Below, piece by piece: positions 38,101 through 50,680 of a stretch of DNA of 64,000 nt. Each line of letters starts with the position of its first letter. Position 1 is the first letter of the stretch. Under the pieces are notes generated by a model. It searched no databases. It was given only the letters and a program-made list of their open reading frames with translations, and had not been told where the DNA came from. Origin of the DNA: Yuukianura sp. NJ FZ-2021 (lineage: Eukaryota); contig CM102290.1 in NCBI GenBank assembly GCA_046563655.1, positions 15,004,001 through 15,068,000 on the forward strand, in the 5' to 3' direction. The position numbers were made by a program, and so were the translations under genes.

Positions 38101-40609
38101 TCACAAGGTCATGGGGGGTACTTGGATGTATCGGTAGATGTAGAGACGGTAGTCCTTGGAGGCCAGAACAACAGATCCATCGTCCATGAGAGCAACGTCG
38201 AAACACTGCGCATGCTTGACCTTTGACTCCAGTGCAGACACTAACTGTCCCTCTTGCGTGAAGATCGTGAGGTTGAAGTTGTTGTGGTTGTCTGCCACGA
38301 GTATTTCTCCGTTGGAGTTGAGCCCCACTCCGATTGGGTAGTTCGTTAGCCCCTCCCCTCCGATTTGACGCAGAAAGACACCTTCGTAGTTGAAGACTTT
38401 GACGCAGTGAGCTCTGTTGTCCGAGATGAAGATTTCTTGCCGATCATTCACCACGACGCCATTCGGAAACTCCAAGTGCTTCGAGCACCCGAACTTGTGC
38501 AGAACGGTTCCCAGCTGATCAAAGATAATCACACGCATCACTTTGCACTCCACCACGATGATCCTTCCCTTCGAATCAACTGTAACTCCGCGCGGATGCT
38601 GCAGAATGTTCGCTCCAAACTTACGCACAAACTGACCATACTGATTGTAGATTTGGATTTGGTGAGTCGGCGATCTCTCGGTGACGACAATGTCGCCACT
38701 CGGTTTCACCACGGCAACGCGGTTGGGATACAGAAGCTGCCCATCTCTCTTTCCACACTCACCAAATTGAAATTTGAATCTTCCCTCGCGATCAAAGATC
38801 TGGATTCGGTGATTATTTGTGTCTGCGACGATGATTTCAGAGTTGGCGTTGACCGTGACCCCTGATGGTTCTGTGAACTGAGACTCCGAAGTTCCGAATT
38901 CCCCGAATTTACAGTGATAAATCATCTTCTGCCGCTTGATCCCTGGGTTCTTTGGAAAAGTGGGTGGAGCCACCAACTTGGGTGGGTCCATGAGGGGGTC
39001 ACTCTGACTTCCCCCCATGAATTCCGACATCCCCCCACCCCCGTTGTGACCATTTTGATAAGACTGCTCTGACGTGCCATTGGACCACTTCTCATATGTC
39101 GACAGACCACCGAGGTCCATTTGGTTGTAGAGATTCTGAGGGGGGTTGGAGGGGCAGCGTTTTGGGTGGGTGGAGTCAATGACGTGGTTGGGGGGCTGCA
39201 CGGTCTTGAGAGGGGCCGACTGAAGTGAAGTGGCTGCATGGTGGTAACCGTTGCCACTTTGGGTCGACGGCTGACTCGGCAGTGGCCTGGCGATTGGAGC
39301 AATTGTGGACTGCTTCCCCCCGATGGTTGCCACTGGCTCGTTGCCACCGGAACGAATGTAGCCCAGAGTATTTCGAACAGCGTTCTGGAACGAACATAAA
39401 AGTTTGAGAATTTGAATTTCCATTCCACAAGTGTCTGCTTTCACCCAAGGTTCAACCTAACCTACTAGCCTAACAACGGAAACTTAATTTTCTTTAACAG
39501 GTTGCGTAATACCTTGTTTGTTGACAAAAAAAAACGAAAACAAAAATTGGTACCAATTTTAGTACCAATCCGAAAAATTGCTACTATAATTCATATGCAA
39601 AATTTAAAAAAATTCGGCTGTATTGCTGTAAAACTACGAACACTTTTTTTTTCAAAATTTCATTGTATTACCTAACCTGTTGACGAAAATCAAAGTCAAG
39701 AAACCTTGGGTTTCACCGTGGAATCCCACGATGTCGCCGTGTGGAGCCCCAAAAACACATAAAATGAAGGAAGATGGGAATATTTACCTGCATTGCTGAG
39801 AAGTTGGCAACAAATTCCAAATCTCCCGCTGCTGCGGCTGCCATGGCCAACGACGGTTCTGGGACCGTTGCAGAAATGGCTTGTAATCTCGTCTCGAGCA
39901 GTTTCTTGAAAACTAAGACTTGCGGCGGAGAGGCATCTCTGAGCAGTCTGTCACCAAACTCCACTGCTTGATACATTCTGTCCAGTGTCTCCTGGACTCT
40001 CTGCATGACGACTGACAGAGTCACTTGACGTGTCGTGTACATGCTCTCCAGTTCCTTCAGCAACTCATTCTTCCTCTCATCCAGCAGCGTTCGGTAGAAA
40101 GCAAAGGCCTCCGACACTTCAGTCTGAGCCTTCACATACTGCGACTGCAGTCGGTGCGACGCTGATTCAAAAGATTTCAGCAGTTCCAGCGTCGATGAGT
40201 AGCTGGCTGAAGTTTGGCACTCTTCCCACCCCACCGGACTAACAAGTCGATCAGCCCCTTCTGAGTTCTTGTCCAGACAGTCTTGGCAGAATTGGACTTT
40301 GGGCCGACAGTTGTCATGGTGACAGAGACAACACTTGGAGGAGCCCTGGACAGGCGGGGAAGACAGTCCAAAGTCACCCCCACTCCGCACATGCTCTGGA
40401 CTCCCTCCGTGGTAACCGTTGCTAAGGACTCCGTTCGAGATGGACAGATGCGGGAAGATGATGGAGGAGCAAGTGGATGAGCTGGAGCTGGAACCATGGC
40501 AACCGTTGCTAAGGTCAAGGCCAAGTGCCCCCTCGCCCCCCTCCAGCAGGAAGGAACCAAGAGTGGGTCCGCCCAGGAGTGAGTCCACTGAGGGCGTTGG
40601 TGAACCCAT
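38101..40609 (-). CDS. brat: Brain tumor (Brat) TRIM-NHL translational repressor, about 701 aa
   Basis: Exons 40609-39788 and 39384-38101 (phase 0). Brat-like start MGSPTPSVDSL, coiled coil, and a highly conserved NHL domain (IKRQKMIYHCKFGEFG..FTEPSGV..DTNNHRIQIFD..SKVKHAQCFDVALMDDGSVVLASKDYRLYIYRY). Confidence 0.95.
39444..39710. mobile_element. MITE family copy 2, in the brat coding intron
   Basis: cccaaggtt..ttaacaggttgcgtaatacc ... aattggtaccaatt ... gtattacctaacctgttg..gtcaagaaaccttggg. Confidence 0.7.
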
Positions 40610-43600
40610 TGTTTTCCACTTCATATAAACAAACACACAACTTCAGCAGCAAGTCCTCAATCTAAAAAAAAACAATCAAAAGTTAAATTTTCGAAATTTG
40701 GAAACTAGGTTTTCAAATTCACAATTTGATGCTAATTTCCGTTTTTGCACAGATTTCTATCAATTTCCCACCATTGTGACGTAAATTTCAAGGAAAAGTG
40801 ATACTTGAGGTCAATGACCTCTCGATGCAAAAAATGTGAGAAAATTTCACGTTTTTTCTCAACCATCTTTTCCAAAAACACCACACTTTTTTTTTCAAAG
40901 AATCTTTTTCAGTGTTCGGAGATTTTAAAACACGGAAAACCCATAACGTTTGGAACAAAAAAAAGTTTGACATTGTGCCTAAAACTTTGTGATTTTGACT
41001 CTAGACTTTTCCATTTTCATTTTACAAGGACAATGGAGGAAGAGAAATGAAAAGTCAACTTTCTCCAGTTGCTCTCTAATCGTTTGTTCCTGTTTTCACT
41101 CTCTTCAACTTTCTCCCACTTTTGAAACCTCTCTGCATTCCTTAATATTCAGCACAACTCTACTTTGTAAATAATTGGGAGACCCCAGCAGTGTGCCCGC
41201 TCCGGAGCGGAGGTGGTGAGGTGGGAGCGGAGAGAGAGAGCGGCTTTATCACACTTGAAAGGCAAAAGCCTCTTTTCCATTCTTTACCAACGAACCGAAA
41301 ACTTCTTATCCAAAATTCCCGCCTCGCATACTAAGGGGGTGGGGGGGGCACTCTGGCGTGAATTGATCCCATTGTCTGTCACACAACGTGGCTCCCACCC
41401 CCACCCACCCCAGGATTACGCCATTATCATGATAACCCCCCCCCCATTGCCAACCCCCCCCCTTTCCTCATCACTACATCAACACAGCACTCGGAAGCCA
41501 ACCTACCATAACACAAACAACCATTCGCCATAATATCTAAACAAATTTTCAAAAATGTCAAAAAGTTTAGCTTTCAGAAGACTCCAAATGTAAAGAATAT
41601 TAAAATTACAAAACCAAAAGATCAAAAACAAAAATTGTGAAGTTCCGTTTTTGTAAAAAACGGAATTTGAGTTTAGCGAAATGAGATGCAGGGAACATTG
41701 AAACTTTCTCCAGCGCAACAGGCAAACCAAAAGCTCAAAATCCCTCCTCTACTTTTTTTTTGACATGAAACATGAACCAAGTTCCTTGTCAAAATTTTCA
41801 ACACGAAGATGGAAACTGGGAAAATTTGGGCAGAATTTGAGTGATTCTCTTTTCAAAAAAAGTTGATTCACTTTATGAATAATGTTTGAGCTGATTTATC
41901 AGAAACTACTTTGCAAAAAACACATGTTGCAGAATTCTTACAAAAAGTCTCAAAATGAGAACTTTGAAAAATATTTAATAAAAACCACTTTCTAAAACAT
42001 TAATGTTCTAAATTATTTCCATTTCGACCTTCATGTAAACATCCAAAAACCAAAAGGCAAGAGCTAAATTCTTTAAAATTGCCATTTCTCAAATTTTTTT
42101 TTCAAAAAAAAAATTTTTTTTTTGTGAAACTAGAGACTAGAGAGTGTATAGAGAAGGTGTGTGACACCTTCCCCCCTTGTTTCCGTGACACCGTGAGAAA
42201 GCAATTACTCCGCTCCGACGACACCCCATCATAAATATTCCACATACCTTAACCAGATCAATAGGTCCAACCTTTGAGCGATTCCAGCCATTCTACAACC
42301 TTGTTTCCAGCCATTGTTCCACAGAACACAAGAGTTTGAAATTCCAAGAAAAAGTGGCCGTTTGTGTGATTGATCAGACTTTTAGGCTTAAGTTTTCCGG
42401 AAACACAGCGATTCAAGGTGGACATCGCTTGAAGCGATTCTTTTTGTTTGTGTTGGAGAGACAGCGCTTGAGTTGGAAGTTTGGTCGGAGCCCCACAGGT
42501 TTTGTTGTGTCCAGAAACTGTCCACTTCCACTTGGCCAAAGACTCACGTTGCTTTTACAAAGAGAAAGTTCCACAAACACGCAAGTGAAAGTCTTTGCCC
42601 AAAAAGCACAATTTCATCCTACAGCCCCCCACAAGTCCCCCTACGAAGTCCCCCCTCCAGCAAGTGGACTGTAGGTGGGGCAGCCTAACTGCAGAGTGTA
42701 GCTAATGAGAAATAATTGATGAGATAATAAAGCGATTGTAATTAACTCATTCCGAGGGAGGAAATTGAGTTAGGTTTGGTCATGGGAAGAGCTGGGGGAG
42801 CGCAGTTAGGCTAAGGTTAGGCTAAGGTTAGGCTAGGCTAGGTTGGGGTTTGGACTAATGCACTACACACAGCCTCAAAGAACAATCAAATTAACAGGTT
42901 CTGGAACTACGAACTTTCTCCAGAGGAAACCTCGTCGGCCGTAGTTTGTGGGCTCCTCCAGCCCAGAACTACTCCAATCGCTGGAATCGAATCGCTGGAA
43001 TCGCTGGAATCAAAACTGTTGGGTGTAGAAACAAGAGGGGAATTAGTTCTCTTTCTCTTACCAAACACGCCATCCTCATAAGAATTCAACTAATTGATAT
43101 AAAGAGAAATCTTGCCCTATTGATTGCCCCCCACCACCCCTCTCAGGAGGAGGAGGAGGAGGGAGGAGGAGGATAAGGTTAGTAATCCATTTGCAACACA
43201 ACTAAAATTTCCCACCGACTCCTCTCTTTCCACTTTCTCTCTCCCGGGAGAAGTTTGTCAGGTGAAATGGAGTTCCATTAACCATCCACCTTTTCCCACC
43301 AAATATCCCCCACCAGCATTATTGAACTCACAACCACATGCACAAACAGAAACAGAAACTCATAGCCTAATCTTAGCCTAACCTAACAATGTTAGCCTAA
43401 CATCAACTCTCCAGCACACATGAAAATACGTCCCACGACTGCCCTCCAGCCACAACTCCAAAATTAGGTTAGTTAGGCCATCATCCAATTCAACTTCAAC
43501 TTTCACTTTTCACTAAAATTTGAAAAGCCAGGCTCCTTTTGTTTCTTTTGAGAATTGGAATGGACGATAGTGGAACTTAATCCTCGGGATTACATTCTGT

Positions 43601-46207
43601 TTGGCCCTAAGTCCATGGATGACCATAACTTAGGTTGTGCCTTGAGTGGACAAATGAGAGTAAGAGACACCGATTGAAGCTGTCCCATAACTTAGGCAGG
43701 CGTACTTTCCAATTGGAATGGCGGGTGACAATTGCCGCAGTTCCACTTCATCCACTTTCTCTTTTCCTCACCCCTTCCTACACTCAAACTCTCCAACTAA
43801 TGGGCAGTCACCTTCTACACACAGATAAATTACACAACTTCCAACAGGATTTCTACACAACAGGATTTGTAAACAACAGGATTTGAAAAAACACAAGTAA
43901 AACCTCAGGAGTGGAACAAGGTTCATTCGGGGGTAATTTCGACCAAAGCCAATCCGCCTAGCCTCATTGATTTTCCACATGAACCGCAACCCCCCCCCCT
44001 CAACAGGGGGGGGGTCTGGATGGGGGGGGGGGTTTCTATAACTTCTGCACTCTGTGTTGAGAGCAACAGGGTGGTTTGGAATTATTTTGGTTGTGAGAGT
44101 CGTGGTTGGGAGAAAGTTGGTGCCTTAGTAAAAAGTGAAAGGGCGGTGAAAGGAGGACGGTGGAAGGAAATGAATCATGAGAAGATGACACATCACAACG
44201 GCGTCCACTGCTCCACTTCCAGTCTCCAAAGTGGTCCATAGAAAATTGAGACTTTCAAGACCATACATTACACTTTCCGCATGCGCACAACTCTGACCAA
44301 CAGTGTTCTAATCCAATCAAGAGGAAGATGATGTTATCTGAGGACAATCGACTTAGGAACAAAGAGTCACATGACGACGGAGGTGAGGACCAGCCACTTC
44401 CATTCCCACAAGGACCAAAAACTGAACCTCTCTCTTCTCAAAGTGTCATTCCAACGGAGGTCAAAGAGACAAACGCCGTCCAACTTTCTACCCGGAAAAT
44501 AGACCAACACTAAAAAAACTGAAAAGAAAAAACTTTCTTTTTTTTTCTTCGCTTTACAAGGTTGGAGAAAGTGTAAAAATCTTTTCCTCTTCTATCAGAT
44601 TCAACCTTAGAAAAACGTAACGTGAATCCAAGAGGCAACAAAAAGTGGACTAGCGAGGGAAAGGAATCGCTTCCAACATTAACTTTTTTTTTGTGAATTT
44701 TGTTAGAAAGTGAAAATAAAAATAGGGGAAGGCTCTGCTTAAGCTTCTTTTGATCTTAGACTCCAGACATTCTCCCGCCAACTCCAAAAACTTTTCTCCC
44801 ACCTTCCCAAAAACTAATTAAGTCTTTGCAATTATTTTCACGGGAGCTCACCAGGGATTTTGTAATACACCGAACCCAGTTTTCACCTGTTGCTAAGGAG
44901 ACGCACAGCTCCAACCATTCAAAACCATTCCCTATGGCTCTCTTTCCATCTTTTCGAAAAATATGCTTCTTCCAAAATACTTTTCCACAAAAAAACTACT
45001 CGGCTTAAGTACTTTTTTGAGCCCTAAATCTTAAAATAGGACGAAAATGGCTGAAAACGGATGAAATTGGATGAAAATGGAAGAAATTGGATGAAACAAT
45101 GAATTAAGCAGAGTGTTTTGGTTTGTCACAAGTGATTTGAAAATTCTGAAGTTATGGTAACATGCCGTGGGTGGCAACACGTCGTTGTGCAACACGCCAA
45201 TCAATGTTTGATAAACTAAATAATGGAATCACCACTTTCACTCCGCCCTTTGGCCCCTCCATGTCACTTTCTCTTTACTACTCACAAACATGGAACTCAC
45301 TAAAAGTCAAACCTCATCAAATTTAAAACAAAACACGCCTCCCAGTCACTCTCAAAATTCAACCATTTTCAAAATTCAGGACCAAAAGAACATCAAACTG
45401 AGAGATAAAATGCCATTCACGTCAATTCCGCTTTTAGTTTGTGGAAAATGTAAGAAAAAGAGTGACAACGGCCTCACCTTGGGCAAAAACCAAAAATGAA
45501 GAGCGGGAAATTTAAAATTGTGCATTAGGGCCTCCGTTGATTTAAATTTTGGCGGGAAAAGCGGAAGTGAAAGTGTGCTGTTAGTCATTGCTCATTTAGC
45601 CTCCAGGCCAGGCAGTCCAAAGTACTTGATCAAAACTGTCATTAAGGCAGAGGAGGAAGGGGAAAAAGCGGTTTTTTGAAAAGCGGGACTTTTGAATTTG
45701 CGTGGTTCGTCGTGTCTAATGTCTTGAGAAAGAGGTCCCTCGAGACTTTTTGAAGCCTTGGAGGAAAAGTTGGTTGGCATAAATGTGATGTGTCTATTGA
45801 TTCCCATAAAACCCAGAGACTCAACCAAACAACTCCAATCCCCTTCCAGCACGTCGCCATCAACCGTCGCACCAACACTCTCATTTTTGAAAAGAGAAAA
45901 TGTGTGACAGTTTGAGATTTGAGAGATATGGACTCACGTTAACAAGCTCATAGACATCACATGCACTCCAAGTACAAAAATTACTCAAAAACCATGCGGG
46001 CACAACGTCACCGTCCAAATTTCAAAAATGCCCGCCATTTCTTCCTTACCCGCCCATTTTCCAGACATTTCAAACACTTTGGTTTGAAATACCATTTTTA
46101 ATTTAAAAAGAAATTTTTAAATTATAAACGAAACGTCAAAGACAAAAAATGATGAGCATCTTTGGTTTTTTCTATCTGTTGTGATTGGCGTGACACCTTT
46201 GAGACCC

Positions 46208-46262
46208 TGGTGACATCGGATGTCGCCCTGTGGTGACATCGGATGTCGCCTTGTGGTGACAC
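46208..46262. repeat. 23-bp tandem repeat with internal palindrome
   Basis: tggtgacatcggatgtcgccctg, about 2.4 copies; each unit contains gacatc-g-gatgtc. Confidence 0.8.
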
Positions 46263-47286
46263 CATAGGGTATCCACTACCCCTAATTGGACATCAAAGCA
46301 ACATCTCAATTAGTCTTTTCACAAAGTTCCACTTTGTCACTTTTAAACTTCCGCTAAACTTCAAACCCGAAACCCCGCCAATTTCCTCCTCATAAGCCAC
46401 TCATGTGACCAAGGTTCCTATTACAACAAAATAGTTTTCCTTTAACCGGTTTAGCAATAACTCCTGTTTACGAAAAACCCCGCCCCGAACAATTTTCTCC
46501 GCCAGTTTTCCGCCAATCCCATTTGATTACATATAAATAATTGCCACAGGAAGGCACGGTGACGCCAGTTTTTTAACAAAATTTAAAAAGTTCTAGTTAT
46601 TGCCTAACCTGTTCAAAAAAAAACTATCTTCTTGTTTAAGAACCTTACGTGACCTTCCACAACAAAATATTAAAAAGTGGAAATATCCTTTGTACTGATT
46701 CAGTGGTTTATAGATTTGAGAGTGAAAGGGAAGGAAGTAATCGATTACTTGCGATTAGGATTACCGTAGTAAAAACCAATTACTCCAGTCGATTATCCAT
46801 TTGAAGTTGCATGTTTGTTTTGAATTGATTTTTGTTGGAGGGAAGACAAAAGAGAGGAGAGAGAGTTTATCGGTAATCGATTACCCACCGTCCACCTCCA
46901 ACTTTCTCCCAAAACTAAATCCCGCTTTTCACTCTTCTCCGCAGGGAAAATCTCAATTCTGTTGAATAGTCTCACTTTTGTGCAACTAACATCCCCCCAT
47001 AACATGCAACCAACTTAGACACTTAATTGGAGTGACCTTGGTTGACCCTCAAAGTGCTAAATGTCAAAGTGCTGAATGACGTGAGAGGAGAGGGATGATG
47101 CAAATATTTGAGGATGGAAGGAGATGACTTTTGGCGGGAAAGCAATAAGCGGATTCTGCGACTTGTTATTTGGTGCACGAAATTCAAAATTTGATTGAAT
47201 CCTGGTGGGTGTTTGCCAGAGCAGAATTGGAGATAGACCTCTTAACGCAGGAGGAGAAAGCAAATATTATCCAAAAGATCTCACAA

Positions 47287-47360
47287 CGTTAGGCTTACGT
47301 TAGGCTAACATTAGGTTTACGTTAGGCTAACATTAGGTTTACGTTAGGCTAACGTTGGGC
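47287..47360. repeat. 11-bp minisatellite containing TTAGG
   Basis: cgttaggctta/cgttaggctaa/cattaggttta units, about 6-7 copies. Confidence 0.85.
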
Positions 47361-48110
47361 TCCACTCTCTCCTCTTTTCAACACACCACACACTCCCCAC
47401 TCCACAAACCTAACTTCCGCCCCTCCTGCTGCTCCCCAACCTAACGCTAACCTTACTTCCGCTCACCTCATCCCCAATCTAACCGTAGCCTAATCACTTA
47501 ACCTAACGCCAACCTAATATGAATCTCACTCAAAGTTCGGCTTTTAGTGTAACTTTTAACCCAGAATAAGGTTTTGAACAACAAAAGTTGAGACCGTGAT
47601 TTGGCCAAAGGCCTTTCCAGGTCCGTAGTCAAAGGCTGTGAGTTTACGACGACCGTGGGTTCTGTTTGCCCCACCGCGGCGGCTCAGTTCAAACACACAA
47701 AAGTGTCTGATTTCCTTTGTATCCACCACACAGCCTCCATTTCCTGGTGCCTTCGGGAGTTGAAAGGACAGAGTGACCAGGGACTTGAAGTGCCTTCATG
47801 TGACAACATAAACACATCCACACTCCACCCTTGTCACTCCCTCCGCCTGGCGGCAAATTCCAAACTCACTCCTCAAACTGTCACTTTCCTCCACATCACT
47901 CCGCATTAAAATAATTGTGATGGACAGCACTCCTCCTCCGGAGGAGACTCCAACCTCCGATTCAAACTTTCACTCCACTGGCACACGCAAACACAAACTC
48001 AAAGTGTGCCATTATTCCCGGAGGAAAGTCCATTACTCCTTACAAACCGATTATGGATTTCTACCTCAACAAAAAACTAAAAACTACAAATCCAAACGAT
48101 CCACTAACAC

Positions 48111-48243
48111 ACAAAACGACACAAAAACGAACCTTTTCTTACAAAACGACACAAAAACGAACCTTTTCTTACAAAACGACACAAAAACGAATCTTTCCTC
48201 AGAAAAACGACACAAAAACGAACGTTTCGTCAGGAAAAACGAC
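48111..48243. repeat. 30-bp minisatellite
   Basis: acaaaacgacacaaaaacgaaccttttctt, about 4 copies. Confidence 0.9.
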
Positions 48244-49503
48244 TTTTGTGAAAACGGTTTGTTGAAAAAATGACATTTTGAGTAAATGGGGAAGAAAGTG
48301 AAGTGGAATTCCTTTAGAGCAGTCGAAAGGAAAAGAGAAAGTAAATCCCATTCTAAGAATATCGAAGAATTTCAACGGAAAAAAACAGCAGTTTAAAAGA
48401 AAAGGCGCAATTTCTTGCCAGAATCCTAAGAAATATCAATTTATGTCGTCGAATATAAAAGTCCTTCTTCAGATTATTTTTTATATTTCAAAAGTACAAG
48501 AAAAGGCAGGGATTTTTTCTTGTGCTTTGGGTTAGATTGAACAAACTGTTGGTCAGTTATATTTTGAAATTTAGTTTTTCCGCGTCTGCGCTGTTGGTGA
48601 TGTTTTGTGGTGTGGAGGGAGGCGGGAGATGTTCATTTTTTGAATGTCATCCCAACTGTCAACTCTCAACTTTTCCTATTTCCAAATTTGAATTTGGAGC
48701 GAAGAGGGAGCATTCTTATTAGAAATGAGGAAGAAAAAAGAGAGGAGAAACTTTCTAAAAATTCCCCTTTTGCTCTGCCTAAATGGATTCACAATCCAAC
48801 TGAATGACCTCAATTTGTCACTTCGTGTCACCTTCACTCCTACAACTTTCACGGTAACTTAAAGTCCAAAAGTTAGCCTTGTCTAATCCACTCACCAAAA
48901 TCTTTACTTAATTAACTCCAAAAATTCATTACAAAGTACCTCATCAAATTTTGAAAAAAAAAAGTTGTCTGGTCGGCCAAAAAACTTTGTATTCCCAGAC
49001 CACCAATAAATCAGAATTACAAAAGAGGAGGCTTTGCTAAATTTTTAAATTAAGGAAAATGGCTGATCTTGCAAAAAATGAAGTTTCAAAAAACAAGTTC
49101 ATTTTTTTTCAACGTGACACAACTTCACCTAAAAGTCACAACGCAAGAAGTGATGGACTAGCCTAACTGAATGAGAGAAAAGCGTGAATTAACAAAATGT
49201 TAGTGACTGACCTCTGACCTGGAACGGTTGAAACGATCTCTACACCACAAAATTTTCCTTCGGTTTGCAACTTTTTCACTTTTGACAAGCAAAAGTGACT
49301 TTTTGCAGAAAGAGGAGCAGCGGAAAAGGTAATGTTCAGGAGCTGATTCAGACACAAAATGAATAACAAATTGGATTACAAGGTCCTTCAACTTTTTGCA
49401 CACGCAAAAAAGTTTGCATTCATGCAAAAAATTAACAAACTGCACCAGCACTACCGACCTTGTTGCAAAATGTAAATCAATTTTTAGTAAAGTTTGGACT
49501 TAC

Positions 49504-50680
49504 TCAACATGCACAAATCCAGAGTCAAATGAGCACAATTTCTAAAATCAATCAACGGAGCGGCGCGTGTTTCCTTATTCAAAACTTGGGAATTTTTAGG
49601 TGAAGGTTATCAGGCCAACAACCTAACAACTCCACACGCAAAACTAACAAAAAACAACAAATCTCGGCAAAAAAAAAATCACAAACGTTGTTACGAAAAA
49701 CCTTGTTAGGTAAACCAAAAACTGAAATTCTAAAACTGCAAAACTACGCAAACGCGTTTAAACTGAAAAAGGGAAAACTTAATAAGCAAAAAAAAATGTT
49801 CAAAATCCTCTGAAAAACATTAAAAAGTGAACTGAAATTGGAAATATTATTTTAAAAAACTGGAAAACTTGGAAGAATGGAAACTTTAACGAAAAAGGTA
49901 ACTTTAACGACTAAAAAAAGTTGAAAAGTTGATATTAAAAAAACTTATTAAAAAGTTGTAAAAAGATTGGAGGTAGAAGAATAACAAGGAAAGAAGTTAG
50001 GAAGTGGGTTCACTGCCGTCTTTGGCCCAACTGAAAGGGAGAGTTGATGAAATTGTGAGTGGAAGTTAAGGATTGAGTAATGGTGTCATCGGAGAGTGAA
50101 GTAAGTTTTGTAAGTGAGGGAAGTAACTATGTCAGAGGGGCAGTGGAGGGAGTAACTATGATACAATGTGAAACTAGTTAGGAAGTGGAATTACCTCACT
50201 CCACCACGATTACCTTAGTTATGCATGGCAGAGACCATTGAACCTTGGAAAAATGAAACCCACCCTCAGCCACCCACCCAAAATTACAATTTCACTTTCT
50301 AAACAATGCCCAAGGGACTGTGTCACTTCATGCCCATTGTTCTCTCATAACCCAAATATCACACTAATACATCAAACACTCACTAATCCAAAAACATAGT
50401 CGCATAATATAAAATATACTCGCACAATGTCAAAATATACACAAGCACTACACCTTTTTTCAAAAGCACTAAATCCAAAAAGCGGTTCAATAAAACTTCA
50501 AAAAATAACTTTGCTCACCTCATCGCTTTTCAGCGTACAGCGACAGTTGAGTCAGTTTCCGTTCCAGGTGGGGCTTGATTCCGTTTGGTGGGGCACAGAC
50601 TCCGCTTGGTGGGGCACAGACTTCGCTTCGTGGGGCACTGAGACTCTGCTAAATTTTGACTGTTTGTGACTAGTAGGGAG
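49504..50680 (-). other. Candidate non-coding first exons of brat
   Basis: Donors TGA|GTAAGT (49504/49503) and GAG|GTGAGC (50519/50518); minus-strand TCAGTT near 50035; acceptor ttttag| near 40661, upstream of the brat ATG. Confidence 0.4.
50580..50640. repeat. About 21-bp tandem repeat
   Basis: ccgtttggtggggcacagact, about 3 degenerate copies. Confidence 0.8.

Noticed and set aside
38365..38865. 166-aa plus-strand ORF overlapping brat
   Set aside because: Antisense shadow of the NHL exon, with no independent features.
43988..44033. Poly-C/poly-G hairpin or G-quadruplex-like run
   Set aside because: Homopolymer G/C runs are common across this window (e.g. 22630, 35560, 41450); nothing specific supports function.
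48111..48243. 30-bp repeats resembling a CRISPR array
   Set aside because: Head-to-tail tandem units with no unique spacers, in a eukaryotic context.
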